Shown: one piece after another, positions 25,249 to 34,371 of the stretch
Numbering within the stretch: position 1 is the stretch's first letter
Layout: each line of letters starts with the position of its first letter
Source of the DNA: Halieaceae bacterium
GTDB lineage: Bacteria > Pseudomonadota > Gammaproteobacteria > Pseudomonadales > Halieaceae
DNA: 64,000 bases
Direction: 5' to 3'
Assembly (NCBI GenBank): GCA_965199055.1
Contig: CBDAQR010000003.1
Location: 329,958 to 393,957, forward strand
Position numbers and translations under genes: made by a program
The notes under the pieces: model-generated
What the model was told of the DNA's origin: nothing
The model's database searches: none
The model's input: only the letters and a program-made list of their open reading frames with translations

Positions 25249-27327
25249 TCAAAGACTGGCGAAGCCCTTACCCTCTTCTGCCAGTCTCACCATCAATGGC
25301 GCGGGCTCCCAGGCGCTATCGCCTGTCTGCTCCTGGTACTTGCGCATGGTGGCGACGATCTTATCCAGACCAACGCTGTCGGCGTAGTGCATTGGGCCGC
25401 CGCGATAGATAGGCCAGCCGTAGCCGTAAACCCAGGTTACATCGATATCACTCGCGCGAATGGCTATGCCTTCCTCCAGGATCTTGGCGCCCTCGTTAAT
25501 CATCGGATAAATACAGCGCTCCAGAATTTCTGCATCGGCGATGTCTCGCTGTTCGAGCCCCGCTTTCTCAGAAAACTGACGAATAATGTCTTCCACGACC
25601 GGCGATGGTGAAGGATTGCGCTTCTCATCGTAGTCGTAATAGCCAGCACTGGTTTTCTGGCCACGACGGTCTGCCTCGCACAACAGGTCACGAATTGTTT
25701 CGCCCTTAGAGGTCTCCGCACTCCAACCAATGTCCAGACCCGCAAGATCCGACATCTGGAAAACCCCCATGGGCAGGCCAAACTCCACCAGCACACGGTC
25801 TACATCCTGCGGCAGCGCGCCTTCCAGGATCAGCTTCTGACCCTGCTCCTGACGCGGGAACAGAATTCGGTTACCGACGAAGCCGGGGCAAACTCCCACC
25901 AGCACCGCTGTTTTTCGAATGCGCTTGGCAAATGACATGCAGGTCGCGATGACTTCTTTCGAGGTTTTGCCACCGCGCACGATCTCCAGCAGCTTCATCA
26001 CGTTGGCGGGCGAGAAAAAGTGCAGCCCAATGACCGACTCCGGCCGCGATGTGGCGGCAGCGATCTCATTCACATCCAGCGCGGAGGTGTTCGAGGCCAA
26101 GACCGCGCCCTGCTTTACGATGCCGTCCAGCTTGCCGAAGATTTCTTTTTTCAGGTCCATGTTCTCGAACACCGCCTCGATCACCAGATCGCAATCGGCA
26201 AGGTCCTCGAGCTTAAGGCTACCGGTGATCAAGCCACAGCGCGTTTCCACATCCTCGGCACTGATGCGACCCTTGCTCGCGGTATTTTCGTAGTTCTTGC
26301 GGATAACACCGAGGCCACGATCCAATGCTTCTTGCTTTGTCTCTACGATGGTTACGGGTATGCCAACATTGGCCATATTCATGGAGATGCCCCCACCCAT
26401 CGTGCCTGCACCGATCACGCCCACCTTTGCGATGGGTATCTCTGCGGTGTCCCTGGGCACGTCCGGAATTTTCGCGGCCTGACGCTCGGCAAAGAAAAAG
26501 TACTGCTGCGCGCGCGACTGGGGACCGGCCATCAACTCGGCAAACAACTTTGATTCCACGGCCATACCTTCATCGAAGGGCAGATTTACCGCCGCCTCAA
26601 TGCACTGAATATTGTATTCAGGCGCGAGGAAACCACGGGTTTTGCGAGCAATCGATTTACGGAAATCATCGAACAGAGACGGATTGTCCCGGGCTGATTG
26701 CAGCTTATCTTCCCGATCGCGAATTCTGGTGAGCGGCACGGCCTCATCAATCACTCTACGCGCGAAAGACAGCGCGCCATCGCGCAGATCACCGGGAACA
26801 ATTTCCTCCACCAAGCCGTCGGCCAGTGCATCGTCGGCGCCAATTTGTGCACCCGATGTCATCATCACCAGGGCCTTCTCCGCGCCTACGACTCGCGGCA
26901 AACGTTGGGTACCACCCGCACCAGGCAGCAATCCAAGATTAACTTCCGGCAGCCCAAAGCGAGCGCCTGCATCACACACGCGGAAGTGACAGCACAGCGC
27001 CGTTTCCAGGCCACCACCCAGAGCAGTGCCATGAATCGCGGCAATGATCGCTTTGTCGGAGTTCTCCATGACACGCAGCACCGCTTGAAAATCTGGTCCT
27101 TTCGGTGCTCCGGCGAACTCGGTGATATCGGCGCCGGCAATGAAGGTGCGACCCGCGCAAATCAGCACAATGGCTTTAACCGCATCGTTCGCAAGACACT
27201 GCTCGACGCCGTCTTTAATACCCTGGCGCACGCCCTGACTGAGAGCGTTGACCGGCGGATTGCCGATGGTGATCAACGCGATATCACCTTCGATCGTCAG
27301 GTCGGCCATGTCGGTGAGTGCTGTCAT
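25249..27327 (-). CDS. bifunctional enoyl-CoA hydratase / 3-hydroxyacyl-CoA dehydrogenase (FadB/FadJ-like)
   Basis: It has an N-terminal crotonase fold (ITIGNPPVNAL, FIAGADITEF) and a Rossmann motif VGVIGAGTMGGGI in the 3-HCDH domain. I chose the ATG at 27327; the track ORF is extended to 27501. Confidence 0.9.
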   Translation of the reverse strand: MTALTDMADLTIEGDIALITIGNPPVNALSQGVRQGIKDGVEQCLANDAVKAIVLICAGRTFIAGADITEFAGAPKGPDFQAVLRVMENSDKAIIAAIHGTALGGGLETALCCHFRVCDAGARFGLPEVNLGLLPGAGGTQRLPRVVGAEKALVMMTSGAQIGADDALADGLVEEIVPGDLRDGALSFARRVIDEAVPLTRIRDREDKLQSARDNPSLFDDFRKSIARKTRGFLAPEYNIQCIEAAVNLPFDEGMAVESKLFAELMAGPQSRAQQYFFFAERQAAKIPDVPRDTAEIPIAKVGVIGAGTMGGGISMNMANVGIPVTIVETKQEALDRGLGVIRKNYENTASKGRISAEDVETRCGLITGSLKLEDLADCDLVIEAVFENMDLKKEIFGKLDGIVKQGAVLASNTSALDVNEIAAATSRPESVIGLHFFSPANVMKLLEIVRGGKTSKEVIATCMSFAKRIRKTAVLVGVCPGFVGNRILFPRQEQGQKLILEGALPQDVDRVLVEFGLPMGVFQMSDLAGLDIGWSAETSKGETIRDLLCEADRRGQKTSAGYYDYDEKRNPSPSPVVEDIIRQFSEKAGLEQRDIADAEILERCIYPMINEGAKILEEGIAIRASDIDVTWVYGYGWPIYRGGPMHYADSVGLDKIVATMRKYQEQTGDSAWEPAPLMVRLAEEGKGFASL

Positions 27328-27386
27328 AGTGTGTAACCCCGTATATTTGCTAGTCTCTGAACAACAGTGGAGAGTAGACGACAACG

Positions 27387-28553
27387 ATGGGACTGACAAA
27401 CCAGCCGGAACACGAGAAGATACGCACTGCGGTGGCGCGCCTGTGCAGCCAGTTCGAAGACGACTACTGGCTGGAGCACGACCGCAGCGGCGAGTTTCCA
27501 TTTGAGTTCTATCAAGCGATGGCCGAAGGCGGCTGGTTAGGCATCACCATGCCCGAGTCCTGTGGCGGCAGCGCCATGGGTGTCACCGAGGCGGCGGTGT
27601 TAATGCACACGGTCGCCCGCAGCGGCGGCGGATTCTCCGCCGCCTCCAGTATTCACATTAATCTGTTCGGCCCGCACCCTATCGTGGTCTTCGGCAGCGA
27701 TGAACAGCAACAGCGCTGGCTAGTGCCGCTTGTCACGGGCAAGGAGAAAACCTGCTTTGGGGTGACCGAGCCCGATGCGGGGCTCAATACCACCGCGCTG
27801 CAAACCCGCGCCGAGCGCATCGAGGGCGGCTATCGGATCAATGGCCGGAAAATGTGGACCACCACGGCCCAGGAGGCTCACAAGATCATTCTTCTGGCTC
27901 GCACGACACCGCTGGAAGAATGCGCCAAACCCTCCGACGGTATGACCCTGTTTTATACCGATCTCAATCGCAATCACATCGAGGTACGGGTCATCGACAA
28001 GATGGGGCGCAAAGCGGTGGACTCCAATGCGCTGTTTATCGACGATCTGTTTGTCCCCGAGGAAGATCGCATCGGCGAGGAAGGCCAGGGGTTCAAGTAT
28101 CTCCTGCACAGCCTCAATCCGGAGCGGATTCTGGTCGGCATCGAAGCAGTGGGTATCGGCCAGGACGCCCTGCGCAGAGCCAGTGATTACGCCGCGGAAC
28201 GTGTTGTATTCGATCGGCCCATTGGTCAGAACCAGGGCGTACAGCACCCGTTGGCTGAGAATTGGATCTATCTGCAATCCGCGGAGACCCTGTGCATGGA
28301 GGCAGCGGCCCGCTACGACGCAGGCCAAGAATGCGGCGCCCACGCCAATGCGGCGAAATTACTCGGCGGACGCGCAGGGCAGGATGCCTGCAATCAGGCG
28401 GTGCTCACGCTGGGCGGCATGGGTTATGCCAAGGAGTTTCATGTTGAGCGATTACTGCGCGAAGTGATGATTGCCCGCATCGCACCGGTATCCGAGCAAT
28501 TGATTTTGTCCTACATTGCCGAGCGCGAGCTGGGACTGCCCAAATCCTATTGA
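27387..28553 (+). CDS. acyl-CoA dehydrogenase
   Basis: It shows an ACAD pattern throughout (GWLGITMPESCGGSAMG, CFGVTEPDAGLNT, ERVVFDRPIGQNQGVQHPLA). Confidence 0.9.
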   Translation: MGLTNQPEHEKIRTAVARLCSQFEDDYWLEHDRSGEFPFEFYQAMAEGGWLGITMPESCGGSAMGVTEAAVLMHTVARSGGGFSAASSIHINLFGPHPIVVFGSDEQQQRWLVPLVTGKEKTCFGVTEPDAGLNTTALQTRAERIEGGYRINGRKMWTTTAQEAHKIILLARTTPLEECAKPSDGMTLFYTDLNRNHIEVRVIDKMGRKAVDSNALFIDDLFVPEEDRIGEEGQGFKYLLHSLNPERILVGIEAVGIGQDALRRASDYAAERVVFDRPIGQNQGVQHPLAENWIYLQSAETLCMEAAARYDAGQECGAHANAAKLLGGRAGQDACNQAVLTLGGMGYAKEFHVERLLREVMIARIAPVSEQLILSYIAERELGLPKSY

Positions 28554-28557
28554 ACTG

Positions 28558-30546
28558 CTAAGTATCGGCCCCGTACCAGATCGGCGCGGTCCACGCTCGC
28601 TCCTGAATCGTTTTCGGTAATTTGTCGCCGGTGCAACCGTCCGGGCGCTCGCTCGCGGGTAGGGACAAGCACATGCGGGTAGACCAGCGACAACTGGGAT
28701 TCTCAACCACGCGCGCATAGTACACAGCGTCCTGTTCGGCATCGAACGTCGGGTCCTGCCAGACACCACACAGGTTGCTAAAACCGCTGCCTCGAGGCTC
28801 ACAGCTGTCCAGGTCGACGCTGGCGCCATTCTCAGCATCTCCGGCGACATCGATCACTTGCTGGTGAAACTCGCCGTTATCCCCTACCCATCCCTTGATG
28901 ATCTGGAGTCGCTGTAAGGGCACGCCAGGATACGCCTCGGTACCTGGGTCCGCCGCAGCAGACACAACGAACTGTGGCGACCCATCGCCGTCATTAGAAG
29001 GCAACACACTACCCATGGGGACGCCACTACTATAACCCTTTGCAGCTAGATCCGGACCGTCGCAGATATCTGGCGGGATGTCCCAGCCGCCATAGAAACG
29101 CGGCGCGATGCGCGGCCCACTGGTAGCAAAGGTCTCTCGTCGCTTGAAACTGTCAAAAATTGAATCGCGGGTATTTTCTTCGACCCATACACCGGCAAGG
29201 CCGCCCGGTTTCTGAAAAGCCACTGCCCGGGGGCGATCACCCACCGTGAGCATGCTCTGCTTGGCAGCGCCATACTTATAGGGACGATCCGCCTCATTCA
29301 CCGCTCCCGGGGTAGACATATGGGTGTCAGTGCTGCCGATGAAGCCAAACACGTAGGGGTTTACTCCTATACGCTGCTTCTCCCGCATACCTTCAAGTAG
29401 CGCATAGCGCACATAATCTGTGCGCGAGATGCAGCCCTTACCGCCCTGCGCACCACTACCGGAACCTTCCTCACAATCCTCGATCTCAGGCGTACCGAGA
29501 TCACGAATTTTCTCAAAATCGCAGAGTTCGTCCTCCGCTCCCAGGACTTTGTACATGCCATTGCGGCATTCGCTCTCACCCTTTATCTGCATCATCTCAA
29601 CAACGGGTTCCAGGCGTACACGCAAGGCCGCCTCTTCGCGCTGTTGCGCCAATGGCAGTTCCGCATATTCGACGCGAAACATCTGTCCATTGGAGAGATT
29701 GGGATTATGCGGTATCGCGATCGCGTCGCGGCCGTTGCCACTGTCATTACACTGTTCAAGCAATTGCCTGCGCAGGTCCATTGCTACCGGGGTTTCCAGT
29801 GAAGAGATGGGCAACTCGGGCACGATCTCATTGCGCAGGATGATATTGCGATGCACCTTGGTCGCGCGCGGTGAGTGACTGTATTCCCACGCATGGAAAG
29901 TGGTGAAGGAACAATCCTCGGAGCGATCGTACCAGCGCTCAGCCGCCGCCTGTATGCCCTGCCAGACATTACCCAGCTCCTCGCGACAAATGGCATCGTC
30001 ATCACCGCAGACATCATCGCGACGGCCGAAGGGTCCGATCAAACCACCGAGCCGCGCGCGAAAACCCTTCGCGCCGATTAACTTGGCAATGAATGCCTGA
30101 TCTTCACCGCGATAGATTGAACAGCCCGTGCTGTCATAGGAAGCCGACCCGGGTGTTGTACACAGAGACACCTCCGCCAGCCACTCGGCATGGTCGGTGA
30201 GCGCAGCAAAATCCAGGGGGCGGTCGATTTGAACTTTTCGCACCGGATTATTGGGGTCGCCACTATAGACATCAATCTCGATACCCGTCGCATAGGCATA
30301 GACATCGTCGGGTAGGGTGCGCGTCTGCAAGGAGTTCGCGTCCATCGATAGTGAAGAGTGGATATGCAGATCACCGTACAATGGCTGTCGTTCCGCAACG
30401 CTGTGCGCGCAGTCTTCCCGCGGCGCAACCGCTTGTCCCGGGGCAGCTGCAGGCGCTGGTTCCCAGGGCTCCGTGCTCAATTCAAGACTACCAAGACCAC
30501 AGCTCGCCAGCAGCGGTAGCACCAACATTAAAGCAGGGGTCTTCAT
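28558..30546 (-). CDS. DUF3604-like lipoprotein (PHP-like metal-dependent hydrolase fold, function unknown)
   Basis: It has a lipobox LLASCG and YGDLHIHSSLSMDA near the N-terminus, as in DUF3604/PHP-type proteins. It is 662 aa and starts 2 nt after the stop of the upstream PCu(A)C-fusion gene. Confidence 0.7.
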   Translation of the reverse strand: MKTPALMLVLPLLASCGLGSLELSTEPWEPAPAAAPGQAVAPREDCAHSVAERQPLYGDLHIHSSLSMDANSLQTRTLPDDVYAYATGIEIDVYSGDPNNPVRKVQIDRPLDFAALTDHAEWLAEVSLCTTPGSASYDSTGCSIYRGEDQAFIAKLIGAKGFRARLGGLIGPFGRRDDVCGDDDAICREELGNVWQGIQAAAERWYDRSEDCSFTTFHAWEYSHSPRATKVHRNIILRNEIVPELPISSLETPVAMDLRRQLLEQCNDSGNGRDAIAIPHNPNLSNGQMFRVEYAELPLAQQREEAALRVRLEPVVEMMQIKGESECRNGMYKVLGAEDELCDFEKIRDLGTPEIEDCEEGSGSGAQGGKGCISRTDYVRYALLEGMREKQRIGVNPYVFGFIGSTDTHMSTPGAVNEADRPYKYGAAKQSMLTVGDRPRAVAFQKPGGLAGVWVEENTRDSIFDSFKRRETFATSGPRIAPRFYGGWDIPPDICDGPDLAAKGYSSGVPMGSVLPSNDGDGSPQFVVSAAADPGTEAYPGVPLQRLQIIKGWVGDNGEFHQQVIDVAGDAENGASVDLDSCEPRGSGFSNLCGVWQDPTFDAEQDAVYYARVVENPSCRWSTRMCLSLPASERPDGCTGDKLPKTIQERAWTAPIWYGADT

Positions 30547-30548
30547 TA

Positions 30549-31406
30549 TTATTTTCCCTTGTAGACGGTTGCCGTTAGAGGCTGACTCCTCCCATCTGAA
30601 AAATTCAGCACCAACTCGACCTCGTCACCGGCACGTAGCGGTCGTTTGGCTTTGTGCAACATCAAGTGTTTCCCGCCCGGCTCAAGCAGCAATGACTCTC
30701 CGGGCGCCAAGGTCACCGACTGGAGCTGTCGCATGCGCATCATGCCGCCCTCCATCGACATATCATGTATTTCGCCACGGGCATAATCGGGACTGGAAAC
30801 GCCTACCAGCGTCACCGCCGACGAACCCTCATTGAGGAGTGTCATGTAGCCGGCATGCACCGGCGCGACCGGCGGCGCTTCGCGAATCCATGGGTCGTCG
30901 ACAGCGAGCACTGGCAAAGCTTCGCCCTTAAAGGAACGAGACTGCAGCGGAATTTCCACCGGCTGCCCGTTCGCCAGCATGATGGAGATGACAAACGTCT
31001 CTGGGGTCGGGCTGCTGTAAGTTAGCGTGCGGAAGTTGCCCTCGCCTTTATTCTGAAAACTGACGAGCCGCTCCTCAATAGCGACCAGTTCCATCACCTG
31101 GGGTTTCTCAGATCGCGGCGTAAATCCGGGGTCCCACTGCTTCACATACAGCATAAGTGAATCACCCTGCTGTTCGATCACGATCAGCTCAACCATGGGC
31201 GTTGTGTCACCCTGCGTAATGCGCACCAGTGACGCAATCGATCCGCCGTCGACACGTATCCAGTTTTCTTCCAGCACGCGGCCTTCGCCAACATCACCCG
31301 ACCAGGCGCCCGTCATCCAAGTCAATTGCTCGATCGTGCCTCGAACCCCCGCAGCCGCAGGCAGGCTAATCAACAGGGTCAACAGGGGGATGAGAACGAT
31401 TTTCAT
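30549..31406 (-). CDS. exported fusion protein: uncharacterised N-terminal domain + PCu(A)C (DUF461) copper-chaperone domain
   Basis: The C-terminal domain matches the PCu(A)C motif H-x10-M-x21-H-x-M exactly (HDMSMEGGMMRM...GGKHLM). The signal peptide is MKIVLIPLLTLLISLPAAAG. I chose the ATG at 31406. Confidence 0.8.
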   Translation of the reverse strand: MKIVLIPLLTLLISLPAAAGVRGTIEQLTWMTGAWSGDVGEGRVLEENWIRVDGGSIASLVRITQGDTTPMVELIVIEQQGDSLMLYVKQWDPGFTPRSEKPQVMELVAIEERLVSFQNKGEGNFRTLTYSSPTPETFVISIMLANGQPVEIPLQSRSFKGEALPVLAVDDPWIREAPPVAPVHAGYMTLLNEGSSAVTLVGVSSPDYARGEIHDMSMEGGMMRMRQLQSVTLAPGESLLLEPGGKHLMLHKAKRPLRAGDEVELVLNFSDGRSQPLTATVYKGK

Positions 31407-31545
31407 AGGCTTGCTCCGAGCGCGCGCCGCCTTCATAGAAGCGCGCTTGCGATGTTTTCGAACTTTGAGTATGTTAACTGACATACGGGGCTTTCGCATC
31501 CTCTGCCGGGTTCCACACAATAATAATCAATTGGGAGTCTTCACG

Positions 31546-32979
31546 TTGTCGCAAGCTGAGGCACCGAAACCCGCACTGACCTTCCTGCAAAAATTCAGCT
31601 ACGGCCTCGGTCAATTTGGCTGGGCATCAAAAGACGTCTGTTTCCATTACTTCCTGTTTTTCTACTACACCCAGTTCCTAGGACTGTCGCCAAGCCTTGC
31701 GGGATTGGCGGCCATGTTGGCGCTGATCGCCGACGGCATCTCCGATCCCATTATTGGCCAGATCTCAGACAACTGGGCAGGTAAGAAGTGGGGGCGACGC
31801 CACCCCTTTATGGCTCTGGCGCTGATTCCCTATCTCGCCGCACTGCTGGCGATCTTTAACCCACCAGACAGTCTAGAGGGTACCAGCCTATTCGTCTGGT
31901 ACCTGTTCTTCGCCATCACGGTACGCAGTTTCCTCACACTGTTTACGGTGCCCCATATGGCACTCGGTGCAGAGATGACGGAAGACTATAGCGAGCGTAC
32001 GGATATTTCCGTCTATCGTAATTCGCTGGGTTATATCGGCGGCCTGTCTGTACAGGTCATTGCCTGGTTTCTGGTGATTCCCGCCGCGACAACGGCAGGA
32101 GACGCTGGCGAGGGTTACCGCAATGTCGGCTTCGTTGCCGCCGGCCTCGCATTCCTGGGTATGAGCTCTGCCTTATTAGGGACGCGCAGCCGCATACCCT
32201 TTCTGGAGAAGACCAGCGACGCGCAAAAATCACGGCCCTGGTACTACGCCTTTAAAGACATTGTCACGGTTATCAAGCACCCCTCTGCCGCGGTCTTGTT
32301 CTTTGCCAGCCTGGTGCTGACCACACAGATTGGCATTCAGAACACCATGCTGCTGCACGTAAACACCTATTTTTACGGCTTTTCCAGCGAACAAACCGGC
32401 TTCTTCATGCTGGTAATCTTTCTTGCGCTTTTACCGGCCTCCTGGCTCGCTGTGTATGGCACAAAATTCCTCGGCAAACGCCGTGCCGTGGTCAGTTTGG
32501 TGCTAGTGGTCGCCTTTGTTCATCCCATTGCTTCCCTGGCTCATCTCTACGGTCTTGCACCGCCCACCAGCAGCACCGCTCTCGTTGTGTTCGTCTGTAT
32601 TTTTGTCGTATTGCAACAAACCTTCTACATCGCACATATCAACATAGCAGGAGCCATGTTGCCCGACGTGGTCGATGAGATGGAGTTGCATACCAGGCTG
32701 CGCCAGGAAGGCATGCTCAATTCAGCGATGATGCTCACCCAAAAGGTCACCTTTGGTTTTGGCTCCTTTTTTGCTGGCCTCGCCATTGATTTCGCTGGGT
32801 TCGAAGGCGTACGCAGCGTGACAGACACCACCCCCGAGATGCTCAGTCGGCTGATATGGATCTACGGCCCGGGCATTAGCCTCCTCACGCTACTCGGTGC
32901 GTGGATACTCTCTCGCTATCGACTTACACAGGCCCGCTGTGCGGAGATTCGCTCGGAGCTAGCCACGCTTCGCGGATAA
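31546..32979 (+). CDS. MFS transporter of the glycoside-pentoside-hexuronide (GPH) type
   Basis: It has FSYGLGQFGW...LIADGISDPIIGQISDN...GRRHPFM, typical of MelB/GPH symporters. I propose the TTG start at 31546 (GGGAG 8 nt upstream), so the start is uncertain. The track ORF start at 31195 overlaps the divergent gene. Confidence 0.75.
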   Translation: MSQAEAPKPALTFLQKFSYGLGQFGWASKDVCFHYFLFFYYTQFLGLSPSLAGLAAMLALIADGISDPIIGQISDNWAGKKWGRRHPFMALALIPYLAALLAIFNPPDSLEGTSLFVWYLFFAITVRSFLTLFTVPHMALGAEMTEDYSERTDISVYRNSLGYIGGLSVQVIAWFLVIPAATTAGDAGEGYRNVGFVAAGLAFLGMSSALLGTRSRIPFLEKTSDAQKSRPWYYAFKDIVTVIKHPSAAVLFFASLVLTTQIGIQNTMLLHVNTYFYGFSSEQTGFFMLVIFLALLPASWLAVYGTKFLGKRRAVVSLVLVVAFVHPIASLAHLYGLAPPTSSTALVVFVCIFVVLQQTFYIAHINIAGAMLPDVVDEMELHTRLRQEGMLNSAMMLTQKVTFGFGSFFAGLAIDFAGFEGVRSVTDTTPEMLSRLIWIYGPGISLLTLLGAWILSRYRLTQARCAEIRSELATLRG

Positions 32980-33003
32980 AGCTGCTAGAATCGCGCACCC
33001 GAA

Positions 33004-34371
33004 TTGGAAGCCCGTTCCTTGAGCGACGATCAGCCAAATACGATAAATGCGAGCTCGGCCAGCGTATGGAAACTCGCCTGGCCAAATATCGTTTCCAACC
33101 TACTGATGACCACAGTAGGTTTTATTCACATAAAAATCACCGCCGAGCTCGGCACCGAAGCGGTAGCTGGCGTTACCACCGGGCATCGTATTTTCTTCCT
33201 GTTGCAGGCACTACTGATGGGTGTTTCGGTCGCCGCGACGGCGATGATCGCACGTAGCTGGGGCGCGGGGGATCGTGATACCGCCGAACAGCTGACCACG
33301 ACATCTTTGCTTTTGGGCATGACGATTGCCGCGGCTCTGACGCTGCCTGCCGTGTTGATGCCCATGCAACTCGCAGGCCTGTTCGGTCTCGATGAACTGA
33401 CCACACGTATGGCCGCGGACTTCATCTTCTGGCTGGGCATCTTCAACCTGGTCTCTTCCATCATGATGATGTTGAGTACCGCACTCAGAGCCGTTGGCGA
33501 CGTGATTACACCATTATGGTTTATGCTCGCCAGCAATGTACTGAATGTGATCTTTGCCTACCTGTTGGCCTTCGGCCACTGGGGCCTGCCCGCCATGGGA
33601 GTCGGCGGCGTGGCGCTCGGTGGCGGGGTGGCCAGCACTGTAGTGACACTAGTGTTTGCCCAGGTTTGGCGACGCGGTCACTTCCGTCTCGGCGCACCCA
33701 AGCGATTTAGAGTTAACTGGCCACAAACCCAACAGCTGCTGAAAATTGCCGGTCCCGCAGCCCTGGAGCAGGGTATTATCCAGCTCGCCTTCCTCGCTTT
33801 TCTCGCGATTGTCGCCGTATACGGCACCGCGCCTTACGCAGCCTACGGTATCGGGGTCACCCTGCTGTCATTCTGCATCGTAGTCGGCTTTGGTTTTAGC
33901 ATCGCCACCGCCACTCTGGTAGGCCAGCATCTGGGAGCAGGCGATACTGAGGGCGCATTGAAAAGCGCAAATCGCTCGTTACGCATGTCGATCATCGCCA
34001 TGGCGGTGCTGGGCGGGCTGGGCATGTGGGGCGCAGAGCCGCTGGCCCGCTTTATGATCGACGACGCCGAAGTGGTGTCTTACACGGTCACATTTATTTA
34101 TATCTTGGGCGTCGTGCAACCGTTAATGGCCATCGAGCTGACACTGGGTGGTGCACTGCGTGGTGCCGGCGATACCCGCTACCCGCTTCTTGCCACCTTT
34201 TGCGGTCTTGTACTCGGCAGGGTGTTACTGGCTTTCATAGCGGTGTGGCTGGAGCTATCCGTGTACTGGGTGTTTGCGGTATTGATCGCCGACTACAGCA
34301 TCAAGGCAATGATACTCGGCTGGCGCTATCGCTCTAGACACTGGCTCGATACCCACATCGAATTAAATTGA
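33004..34371 (+). CDS. MATE-family efflux transporter
   Basis: It has 12 predicted TM helices, the N-terminal VWKLAWPNIVSNLL motif and the later GALRGAGDTRYP motif characteristic of the MATE/NorM family. The start is a TTG, so it is uncertain. Confidence 0.85.
   Translation: MEARSLSDDQPNTINASSASVWKLAWPNIVSNLLMTTVGFIHIKITAELGTEAVAGVTTGHRIFFLLQALLMGVSVAATAMIARSWGAGDRDTAEQLTTTSLLLGMTIAAALTLPAVLMPMQLAGLFGLDELTTRMAADFIFWLGIFNLVSSIMMMLSTALRAVGDVITPLWFMLASNVLNVIFAYLLAFGHWGLPAMGVGGVALGGGVASTVVTLVFAQVWRRGHFRLGAPKRFRVNWPQTQQLLKIAGPAALEQGIIQLAFLAFLAIVAVYGTAPYAAYGIGVTLLSFCIVVGFGFSIATATLVGQHLGAGDTEGALKSANRSLRMSIIAMAVLGGLGMWGAEPLARFMIDDAEVVSYTVTFIYILGVVQPLMAIELTLGGALRGAGDTRYPLLATFCGLVLGRVLLAFIAVWLELSVYWVFAVLIADYSIKAMILGWRYRSRHWLDTHIELN

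Noticed and set aside
25249-27501. The track gives N-terminally extended longest ORFs: 25249-27501, 12582-13607, 31195-32979, 30549-31520, 19897-22029, 9481-10740 and 50292-52469.
   Set aside because: The extensions translate to low-complexity Arg/Cys/Ser-rich sequence, overlap divergent genes or promoters, and precede obvious family N-termini or signal peptides. I therefore used internal starts with SD support.
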